From contig DAHWIF010000011.1 of the NCBI GenBank assembly GCA_027345565.1, forward strand, positions 1 to 64,000: a stretch of DNA of 64,000 nucleotides, in the 5' to 3' direction. The position numbers and the translations under genes were made by a program. Position 1 is the first letter of the stretch. Each line of letters begins with the position of its first letter. Under the pieces are notes generated by a model. It made no database searches, was not told the origin of the DNA, and saw only the letters and a list, made by a program, of their open reading frames with translations. The stretch is from Candidatus Micrarchaeota archaeon (GTDB taxonomy: Archaea; Micrarchaeota; Micrarchaeia; Micrarchaeales; Micrarchaeaceae). Shown one piece after another: positions 56,894 through 64,000 of this stretch.

Positions 56894-58630
56894 CTAGTAA
56901 GTCCTCGCCTTTGGCTGCCATCTGGTTATTGTGACAGGCGCGTACGATATCTCTATATTTCCTTTTACAGCCTTTGCTATTGTGTGTTTTAGCCAATGCT
57001 TGTCATCGCGCTTTTTATAGTCGGTCCTTGCGTGTGCGCCCCGGCTCTCCATTCTGTTCAACGCACACTTTGCGACCACCTCAGCAAGTTCCACCATATT
57101 CTTTATCTCCAATGCGTCCCTAAGGTTCGTATTGAAGATGTTGCCTTTGTCTGACACGCGTACTTCCTTGTACATCTCCTTTATCCTACGTATGGCCGTT
57201 AACGCCCCTGCCATGCCTCGCCTATCTCTGTATACATAGAGATGCTCGCCCATCACGTTTTGTAGCCGCTCCTTTAGCTCGTACGGGTCGTTTGTCCCGT
57301 CGTTGTCCTTGATGCTGTTCAGCCTTTCCTCTGCGTCCTCTCCCATCTTGACCACCACATCTTTCGCAATGGAAATGCGTGTGTGCCTTGCCGCAGCAAT
57401 GCCGGTTATCCTTCCCCAAACGGCACACTGACTTAACGAGTTCGAACCTAGCCGGTTTGACCCGTGCACGCTCACACATGCGCATTCGCCGGCTGCCCAA
57501 AGCCCGTTAACCGTGCCTGAAAGCACGCTGGATACCACGCTGCCGTTTATATCGGTGTGTATGCCCCCCATTGTAAAGTGTGCTGCTGGCCTCACAGGAA
57601 TCTGCTCTTCGACCGGATCCAGGCCCAACATCTTTATTGTCATCTCCCGTATCATAGGGAGTCTTTCATCGATTTTTTCAGCGCCAAGGTGCCTTAGATC
57701 CAAATGCACGTACTTCATGCCTGCCTCTGAGTCGTCCACGCCCCTGCCTTTCTTTATCTCGGTGATTATCGCTTTAGATACTATGTCCCTTGGCGCAAGC
57801 TCCATCACAGACTTCGCATACCTTTTCATGAACCTCTCGCCTTTCGCGTTTCTCAAATACCCGCCTTCGCCTCGCGCCGCCTCTGTTATCAGTATGCCGC
57901 TTGGCACAAGTGCAGTTGGATGGAATTGCACAAACTCCATGTCCTTTAGCGGCAGTCCGGCCCTGAGAGCGAGAGCCGTGCCGTCCCCGGTTGCTGAGTG
58001 TGATGTGGTGGTGAACGGATACATCCTCGAATATCCGCCCGTGGCGATTATGCATGCTCCTGCACGGAAGAGTTTTATGCCACCTGTCGCTAGGTCTATG
58101 GAAAGCAGCCCTGCAAAACCGTTTTTGTGGAGCAGAAGATCTGTGACGAAGTGCTCGTGGAATCCATCTACATTCTCGGATTTGAGTACGGTATCGTACA
58201 GCGCACGCATCAGGAAGAAGCCGGTTTTGTCAGCGGCAAATGCGGTTCTCTTGACGCTCATTCCTCCGAACGCCCTGAACAGTATCCTCTTGTCTGGCTC
58301 TCTAGACCACGGTACGCCGATGTGCTCGAAGAACCTTATCTCTTTCGGTGCATTATTGACAAGTACCTCTATGGCGTCTTGATCCCCTAGGTAATCCGAT
58401 CCCTTGGCGGTATCATAGCCGTGCAGGTCATATGAGTCATTATGCATCTCTGGGTAAAGGACTCCTGATACGCCGCCTTCGGCCGCTACAGAGTGGCTAC
58501 GCATCAGGTGCAGCTTTGATACGACTGCGATGCGCCTGCGCGGTCCGATTAGCCTGCTGGCGTGTATCGCTGCTGCAAGTCCTGCTATGCCGCTGCCGAG
58601 AACGACTATGTCATAATCAAGTATCTCCAA
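56894..58630 (-). CDS. sdhA: Succinate dehydrogenase/fumarate reductase flavoprotein
   Basis: [16 protein letters not shown] (covalent-FAD His), [36 protein letters not shown]. Confidence 0.96.
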   Translation of the reverse strand: MEILDYDIVVLGSGIAGLAAAIHASRLIGPRRRIAVVSKLHLMRSHSVAAEGGVSGVLYPEMHNDSYDLHGYDTAKGSDYLGDQDAIEVLVNNAPKEIRFFEHIGVPWSREPDKRILFRAFGGMSVKRTAFAADKTGFFLMRALYDTVLKSENVDGFHEHFVTDLLLHKNGFAGLLSIDLATGGIKLFRAGACIIATGGYSRMYPFTTTSHSATGDGTALALRAGLPLKDMEFVQFHPTALVPSGILITEAARGEGGYLRNAKGERFMKRYAKSVMELAPRDIVSKAIITEIKKGRGVDDSEAGMKYVHLDLRHLGAEKIDERLPMIREMTIKMLGLDPVEEQIPVRPAAHFTMGGIHTDINGSVVSSVLSGTVNGLWAAGECACVSVHGSNRLGSNSLSQCAVWGRITGIAAARHTRISIAKDVVVKMGEDAEERLNSIKDNDGTNDPYELKERLQNVMGEHLYVYRDRRGMAGALTAIRRIKEMYKEVRVSDKGNIFNTNLRDALEIKNMVELAEVVAKCALNRMESRGAHARTDYKKRDDKHWLKHTIAKAVKGNIEISYAPVTITRWQPKARTY

Positions 58631-59935
58631 TCACTCATACCTTTTGTCCAGCTTTTCTGTCCATTTCTCCTTCTTCTTATAAAGCGAGAGCATCCTTTTT
58701 GTCTCATCCCTCACAATGTTCTTATCCACATGTGCGCTTGCGACTCCTGAGCTGACAGCGGCCTCCGCGACCCTTGTCGCTATCCTTACATTAAGAGCTG
58801 TATACTCGTTCAGGTCTCCGAACCTCGGTATTATGTATTCTGCGGATCTTTGCCTCCTTTTTATGAAAGTGGCAATCGCATCGCTTGCTGCAAGTGCCAT
58901 CTCATCGGTCACTTTTGATGCGTGCGCTGAGAGCATTCCCCTGAAGAAACCCGGAAACGCAAGGTAGTTGTTGACTTGGTTGGGCTGCATGCTGCTTCCT
59001 GTTGCGACTACGGTTGCACCTGCATCCTTTGCCTCATGGTAATCTATCTCTGGATCTGGGTTTGCGAGCGCGAAAACTATAGGGTCTCTTGCCATGGATG
59101 ATATCATCTCCTTTGTGAAAACCCTTTTCTTTGATACACCTATAAGCACATCAGCTCCGTTTACGATGTCAACCAACGCACCGCTTTCCTTTCTGCTATT
59201 GGTGGCCTCGGCAATCCATTCCTTGAAAGCGTTCATGTTTTCCTTCCTGCCCTTGTATATTGCTCCTGCTGTGTCGCACACCGTCACATTACTCGCTTTC
59301 GATGCGCACAAAATCTCGGTTATCCCGAGCCCTGCGGCTCCAGCACCGTTTATCACTATCTTCGCAGACCCAAGGCTTTTGCCGACAACGGCAAGAGCAT
59401 TCATGAGAGCGCTCCGTACCACTATTGCCGTGCCGCAACGGTCATCGTGGAATAGCGGCAGCCCAAGGCGTTCCTCCAGCCTCCGCGTTATGCTGAACGC
59501 TTTTGGTGTTTCTATGTCTTCTATGTTCACGGCAGCTATCGATGGCTTTATCATCTCCACGAACCGAACTATGTCGTCCTCGCTTTTAGACCCGACGCAT
59601 ATAGGTATGGCGTCTACGCCGCCGAACTTCTTGAAGAGCAGCGCTTTGCCCTCAAGGATAGGCATCTCCGATTCCGGACCTAGGTCGCCGAGGCCGAGCA
59701 CGCGGGTGCCGTCGCTTATTATTGCAACCGTATTCGCACGGTTTGTATATTCGTAGGATAGCGCTGCGTTTTCCCTTATTGCGGCAGCGACATATGCGAC
59801 CCCAGGTGTGTAATAAAGGGATAAATCGTTCTCATCTCTTATTGCGACCTTGCCTGCGATCTCCACCTTGCCGCTCCTTTTCCTGTGCGCTGCCAACGCC
59901 TGCTCCTTCAGCTCTCTTTCGCCAGTTTCCCCCAT
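58631..59935 (-). CDS. Malic enzyme (MaeB-type ME domain, no PTA domain)
   Basis: YTPGVA, DGTRVLGLG, EGKALLFK, INGAGAAG, ALANPDPEI, PNQVNN. Confidence 0.93.
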   Translation of the reverse strand: MGETGERELKEQALAAHRKRSGKVEIAGKVAIRDENDLSLYYTPGVAYVAAAIRENAALSYEYTNRANTVAIISDGTRVLGLGDLGPESEMPILEGKALLFKKFGGVDAIPICVGSKSEDDIVRFVEMIKPSIAAVNIEDIETPKAFSITRRLEERLGLPLFHDDRCGTAIVVRSALMNALAVVGKSLGSAKIVINGAGAAGLGITEILCASKASNVTVCDTAGAIYKGRKENMNAFKEWIAEATNSRKESGALVDIVNGADVLIGVSKKRVFTKEMISSMARDPIVFALANPDPEIDYHEAKDAGATVVATGSSMQPNQVNNYLAFPGFFRGMLSAHASKVTDEMALAASDAIATFIKRRQRSAEYIIPRFGDLNEYTALNVRIATRVAEAAVSSGVASAHVDKNIVRDETKRMLSLYKKKEKWTEKLDKRYE

Positions 59936-59991
59936 AAGCCTATTATCCACATAAAGGTTTTTATGAACCGTGCTGTAATTTTAATGATTGG

Positions 59992-60153
59992 TTGCGGGCC
60001 AGATGCGGGCTATGCGGCGGCATATTCGACTGCCAGGGTGCAGACTGGGGAGTATGCTGGTGCGCATTCGTGAAACCTGGAAGGGGAAGGATGGGCAAGA
60101 TTAAGAGGCTATCAGATTCATGCGTTTGCAAAGAATGTCTCCGGCGAAGGTAA
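59992..60153 (+). CDS. Cysteine-rich CWC family small protein
   Basis: Manual translation (TTG start): RARCGLCGGIFDCQGADWGVCWCAF...SCVCKECLRRR; not in the ORF track. Confidence 0.8.
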   Translation: MRARCGLCGGIFDCQGADWGVCWCAFVKPGRGRMGKIKRLSDSCVCKECLRRR

Positions 60154-60193
60154 GTCTTTTATATATCAAAAACAGAGCCATTTGTGTGATGAG

Positions 60194-60370
60194 ATGGCAA
60201 AAAGATTCGCATGCAAGGACATAGGACTGTCATGCGGCTTCGAGGCAAGAGCCGAAACTGAAGAGGAATTGATGGGGAAGATAGCCGCGCATGCAAGAAC
60301 GGCACATAACATGCAGAGCATAGACGCAGCAACCCTAGCAAAGGTCAAGGTTGCGATAAAGGACGCCTGA
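60194..60370 (+). CDS. DUF1059 small metal-binding protein
   Basis: FACKDIGLSCGF...EEELMGKIAAHARTAH. Confidence 0.88.
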   Translation: MAKRFACKDIGLSCGFEARAETEEELMGKIAAHARTAHNMQSIDAATLAKVKVAIKDA

Positions 60371-60383
60371 TTCTGCATTCGGA

Positions 60384-60456
60384 TGGGGCTGCCGAGATTT
60401 GAACTCGGATATCCAGCGCCCGAGGCTGGAAGTCTGCCAGGTTAGCGTACAGCCCC
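60384..60456 (-). tRNA. tRNA-Pro(CGG)
   Basis: GGGGCTG/CAGCCCC acceptor stem, CCAGC-CTCGGGC-GCTGG anticodon arm, CCGAG-TTCAAAT-CTCGG T-arm; weak D-stem. Confidence 0.9.
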
Positions 60457-60499
60457 GCAATAGGAGTTGTTGCCCTACTTATAATAATGTTGGCGACTC

Positions 60500-61477
60500 C
60501 TACACATTTAGGATCCCATCAACAGAGAGAGGCGTGAACCTGAACTCGTTGAATCTCGCTTTTGCGTCCTCTATGGCGATTTTTGTGATTTCCGATGCGC
60601 GCTCTCGTAAATTCCAAGGTATAATGTATGTATTGGTGGGCTGCTCCTTATCCGTTCTTAACCTCTCTTGAAACACGGCCCCATCTGGCATTTTCTCCAT
60701 AGCAATCGTTTGCGCAAGAACGCTGCAGTCTCCCAATGCCTTTGCCCGAATCCTCCTGCTAACTCCTGCTTCTTTCAAGACCACCGCTGCCGTTGCTCTC
60801 AATTTTAGTGACCTCTTCACGGCTTCGATAGGATCCTGCACCTCTACGACTACCTCTCTCGAGGCTAGATCGTAGTTGTCTCCTGCGATCTCAAGGAGCT
60901 CCCTGCGTGCTCCGGTATGCTTCCTTATTTCACCGTATTCGCTTATTACAACAATGTCGTTTTTGTGGTCCAATATCCCCTGTAGGGTCACCTGCACGAA
61001 GTTCCCTCCAGGTTTTAGAAATTCTGCAGCGACCTGTCGTTCTATCACGTCTAAGATTTTCGCTGCCCTTTCTAATGTATGCGCAGCCATCTCTGCACTT
61101 ACGGCCGCTTCAAGATGCATTGCGTTTCCCTCTGCAGACTCGCATCTGTATTTCAATAATAGAGCCAGCTGGCCTACTGCGCTACCTACCTTATAAAGGT
61201 CTACAACTCCTGGGAAATCCTCAGTTGCCGACACGAGTGAATCTACAGCTTTTAAAGTAGAAAAAACATTTTCCTCGAGTAATTGGTGGTCTGTCGCATT
61301 GTTGATTTCGGTTACCAGTGCAGATGCTCCGTGACCGAACAGGAGCTTTGAAAGCTCTGCTGTATCCGTGGTAACCGCAGTGCTATTGGCGTCTATCAGC
61401 GCTGCGTTAATTCTATCGGTTAGGGCCCTTATCGACTGTGTGTCAAACTCCTGATACCTTTGGTTCGCTAGTCTCAT
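60500..61477 (-). CDS. Hypothetical helical protein (orphan)
   Basis: 325-aa ORF next to tRNA-Pro, with its own TATA-like element. Confidence 0.6.
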   Translation of the reverse strand: MRLANQRYQEFDTQSIRALTDRINAALIDANSTAVTTDTAELSKLLFGHGASALVTEINNATDHQLLEENVFSTLKAVDSLVSATEDFPGVVDLYKVGSAVGQLALLLKYRCESAEGNAMHLEAAVSAEMAAHTLERAAKILDVIERQVAAEFLKPGGNFVQVTLQGILDHKNDIVVISEYGEIRKHTGARRELLEIAGDNYDLASREVVVEVQDPIEAVKRSLKLRATAAVVLKEAGVSRRIRAKALGDCSVLAQTIAMEKMPDGAVFQERLRTDKEQPTNTYIIPWNLRERASEITKIAIEDAKARFNEFRFTPLSVDGILNV

Positions 61478-61601
61478 TTAACCACTTTGCACGTGAGAGC
61501 CTTCGCTGGGCGAGATATTTATATGTTTCTTTTGGTTTTGCGCGGGGGTTTTATTCCGATTGTACATCAAGCTCTTTATATTAAATTGCTATAGATATAC
61601 G

Positions 61602-62552
61602 ATGGCAGCAGACGATGCGCTTGCATTCGCGTACAAATATCCATTTTCGGAAGAAGCTAAGGTCTTGATACGCTCCAGGGAAGCCGACCTACGAGGGTCG
61701 ATGGATAAGTACCTTGCACTTGCTGAGAGAAGGCTCGAGGAAGCGTTCTCCAACGGCAAACTCGAGTACAAGGACATAGCGTACGGGAAGCTTGACCATG
61801 TGATAAGCTACGTCTACGAGCGGATGCTGGTAAGTGCATTAGGCAACAGAGCTGCCGTCCTGAAGTTTGCAGCCGCAGAGGCGGCTAGATCTAGAGATGC
61901 ACTGGACGTCAGCGGCAGCCGCGACCTGCTACGCCTATCAGAAGAGCTTGGCATTGCAATATCGCCCAGTAGCCTGAACGAGTATAAGGTAAGCTTCCTC
62001 GCCGTGCTGAGATACATGTCGTCCGTACCGGGCTTTTCGCTCTCGAACTTCAGGCTTCATGGAGGCGATGTAATAATGAGCAGGCGCGATGCTGCCGATC
62101 TCCTTGAGAGTGTGATCTTCAGGCGGATACTGCTAGGGCTTCCCATAAAACATAGCGACCTTCCGCAACAGGTGATAACCAGGTCTAAGACGATAGTGCA
62201 GCCAATTGTAACAATAAAGCCAGTAGCTGGTGGAAACCGAGCATGGATAGACCGCCTCCTCGAGACACCCATACCCGATGTGCGCCATAGGGTAGTCAAC
62301 CTTGTGCTTGCGCCATATCTGATTAACGTCAGGGGGATGACGGAAGACGACGCATTTAAGGTGATATCGTCTTATATAGAGCGGTGCAAGGCGCTTGACC
62401 CAAACACAAGGATAAACGACTCATACATAAGGTACCAATGCTCTTATGCGAGGAAGAAGGGGCTGCGCCCACTTTCACTGGTGCGCGCCAAGGAGCTGCT
62501 TGGTGATTATGTTGACTTCGACATGCCGAAAGAGAAGGTGGTAATGAAGTGA
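61602..62552 (+). CDS. priL: DNA primase large subunit N-domain fused to a PriX-like domain
   Basis: KYPFS.EAK, A..RL, ISY...RMLV (PriL N-domain); C-terminal WIDRLL...D.R.R...LAPYLINVRG...KKGLRPLSL. Confidence 0.8.
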   Translation: MAADDALAFAYKYPFSEEAKVLIRSREADLRGSMDKYLALAERRLEEAFSNGKLEYKDIAYGKLDHVISYVYERMLVSALGNRAAVLKFAAAEAARSRDALDVSGSRDLLRLSEELGIAISPSSLNEYKVSFLAVLRYMSSVPGFSLSNFRLHGGDVIMSRRDAADLLESVIFRRILLGLPIKHSDLPQQVITRSKTIVQPIVTIKPVAGGNRAWIDRLLETPIPDVRHRVVNLVLAPYLINVRGMTEDDAFKVISSYIERCKALDPNTRINDSYIRYQCSYARKKGLRPLSLVRAKELLGDYVDFDMPKEKVVMK

Positions 62553-62698
62553 AGGTTACGCTGTTGTGTGATATATGCGGGATGCTTGCAGAGAGCACAT
62601 GCTCCCTATGCGGCAAAAAAGTATGCCGCAGACACTATAACAGGAGGGCAGGCATATGCAGCGCATGCATGCACGGGAGAAGATTCGCAAAAGGGTAA
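62549..62698 (+). CDS. Small zinc-finger protein (49 aa)
   Basis: Manual translation: MKVTLLCDICGMLAESTCSLCGKKVCRRHYNRRAGICSACMHGRRFAKG; GTGA overlap with priL. Confidence 0.8.
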   Translation: MKVTLLCDICGMLAESTCSLCGKKVCRRHYNRRAGICSACMHGRRFAKG

Positions 62699-62732
62699 TA
62701 ACCTTTTGCACCGTAATATTACCAGTGAGGAT

Positions 62733-62948
62733 ATGCCTGAAATGAGCAACTGCGCGTATAACGTGCACAAACAACTAGTCAAGAGGCTGCAGTTCCTGTA
62801 CCATGCTGACCGGTATATAAAAGAATCAACAGCAGATGGCCACTCAAAATGCGAAGCCATGTGGCATCAGATAGTGGAGAACGAGAAGAAGAACGTGCGC
62901 CTGCTGCAAGAGGCGACAAAGAGGGATAGGGCGAACGAAGGCCTTTAG
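62733..62948 (+). CDS. Small two-helix ferritin-like protein
   Basis: YNVHKQL...YIKES..DGHSKCEAMWHQIVENEKKNVRLL helix-hairpin; GAGG upstream of the ATG. Confidence 0.6.
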   Translation: MPEMSNCAYNVHKQLVKRLQFLYHADRYIKESTADGHSKCEAMWHQIVENEKKNVRLLQEATKRDRANEGL

Positions 62949-62983
62949 CTAAGATATATAAATCTTGGATTGTATATCATATC

Positions 62984-63097
62984 GTCAAACGGTAATAGGA
63001 TCGGGGAAACGCCCAAACCCATTCCGAACTTGGAAGCTAAGTCCGATCACGACACATGTGTACTGCCTACGGCGGGAAAGTGTGTTGCTGTTTGGCA
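62984..63097 (+). rRNA. rrf: 5S rRNA (stand-alone)
   Basis: GTCAAAC/GTTTGGC terminal helix; CCCATTCCGAAC..GGAAGCTAAG; GTACTG...GGGAAAG; followed by a T-rich tract. Confidence 0.9.
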
Positions 63098-63113
63098 CTT
63101 TCTTTTTGGTGTG

Positions 63114-63425
63114 ATGTTGGAAGGTAGGAGGGCTCTGATTAACAGCATAGCTAAAGAGCGTATCGAGATACTGTTCGACTTGGCGGAGAAAGCGCTGCCG
63201 AAAGACAAGAATCTCGCTGGGTCTTATTTGTCAATACTCAACAAGATAAGGACGCATTACAAGGTAAAGGTGCTGCCAAGAATCAAGAACAGGATATGCG
63301 GCGGCTGTTTGTCGTTGCTCATTCCGGGCCTAAATTGCAGAACGATGATCGTGAGCTCTGGCGGCTACATTATCTACAGATGCTCGGCTTGCGGCATAGA
63401 TAACCGAATCCGCTACAGGACCTAA
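63114..63425 (+). CDS. rnp4: Ribonuclease P protein component 4 (Rpp21)
   Basis: IAKERIEILF, ICGGC..LLIPG, CSACG..R. Confidence 0.92.
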   Translation: MLEGRRALINSIAKERIEILFDLAEKALPKDKNLAGSYLSILNKIRTHYKVKVLPRIKNRICGGCLSLLIPGLNCRTMIVSSGGYIIYRCSACGIDNRIRYRT

Positions 63426-63500
63426 TGGGCCCGGTGAGATTTGAACTCACGACCTACGGCTTATAAGACCGTCGCTCTAACCAGGCTGAGCTACGAGCCC
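63426..63500 (-). tRNA. tRNA-Ile(UAU)
   Basis: GGGCTCG/CGGGCCC acceptor stem, ACGGT-CTTATAA-GCCGT anticodon arm, GTGAG-TTCAAAT-CTCAC T-arm. Confidence 0.93.
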
Positions 63501-63536
63501 CGATTTGATTTAAACATTGGAATATTAAAAGTTGTG

Positions 63537-64000
63537 TCAGCCAGGCATCGTGTAGTTGTTGCTGACGTATGAGGGCTTCGGCGTCTTCGGTGGCAACGCC
63601 CCCGTGAAGTTGTCCAGTTCGTATATCCTTACACCGTATGTGCCATTGACGAAGTTTATTCCTGTTGCGTTCGCAGGGTATACTTGGGTGAATCCTGGCA
63701 GATCGCCGAGTATGAAGCCTTTGTAGTAGTTGGAGCCGTAGAATGACGATGGTGCATCGGTTATCGTGTCGTTCGGCCCATTTGGCAGGTATATCATCAG
63801 GTATTCCACGAACGGTATGCCGCTTACCGTTATGACACCTTCATAGGAAGCGGATTGTATCACCGCATTAAGCTTGCCGCCCGATTGGTTGAATATGCTG
63901 AGCACCCCTTTTGCATTGGGGACAGAGTCGACGCATACGGTTTCATTCGAGAGAGACATCCCTTGAACTATGTATGAAGCTATCAGTGGCGTTGTGCTAT
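63537..64000 (-). CDS. C-terminus of a large extracytoplasmic protein, possibly AglB/STT3 oligosaccharyltransferase; runs off the window end
   Basis: S.YYKGF....PGFTQVYP...VRIYEL resembles AglB C-termini; several NxS/T sequons; catalytic motifs not in window. Confidence 0.5.
   Translation of the reverse strand, partial: STTPLIASYIVQGMSLSNETVCVDSVPNAKGVLSIFNQSGGKLNAVIQSASYEGVITVSGIPFVEYLMIYLPNGPNDTITDAPSSFYGSNYYKGFILGDLPGFTQVYPANATGINFVNGTYGVRIYELDNFTGALPPKTPKPSYVSNNYTMPG

Noticed and set aside
60384-61477. tRNA-Pro as an integration site for the adjacent orphan
   Set aside because: The orphan lies on the 5' side of the tRNA; no duplicated tRNA 3' end or integrase seen
62568-62732. N-terminal part of the 126-aa ORF in the track
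   Set aside because: This region encodes the zinc-finger protein in another frame; the ferritin-like gene likely starts at 62733
62970-63113. Apparent N-terminal extension of Rpp21
   Set aside because: This stretch is the 5S rRNA gene; Rpp21 starts at ~63111-63114

Overview
This is a gene-dense archaeal chromosomal segment, most consistent with a DPANN archaeon of the Micrarchaeota (ARMAN-like) type. That assignment is an inference from archaeal uS12/uS7/EF-2/eL30, Rpo6, PCNA, Rpp21, archaeal-type ProRS, a stand-alone 5S rRNA, a tRNA-Ile(UAU) and a tRNA-Leu with a D-loop intron. Most of the window is housekeeping: translation genes, SMC, a sufB(intein)-sufD-HTH-sufC-sufS-sufU operon, most of the TCA cycle, cytochrome bd, 4 tRNAs and a truncated IS200/IS605 remnant. 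The stand-out observations are: (1) a tightly coupled 7-gene operon at 40.6-45.3 kb with a VirB2/CedA1-like pilin, a CedA/VirB6-like membrane protein, an apparently split VirB4/HerA ATPase and three unknown genes, with no relaxase or integrase nearby; (2) an 866-aa orphan with a SelO/kinase-like C-terminal domain; (3) a succinate dehydrogenase with an atypical membrane anchor (SdhB fused to two TM helices); (4) a primase large subunit whose Fe-S domain is replaced by a PriX-like domain; (5) a Cys-rich HTH regulator in the suf operon with a matching 9-1-9 palindrome at the suf promoter; (6) a shared extended TATA motif upstream of several orphan genes; (7) substitutions in near-universal uS12 and EF-2 motifs. 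All family calls are by-eye motif recognition and no database searches were run.
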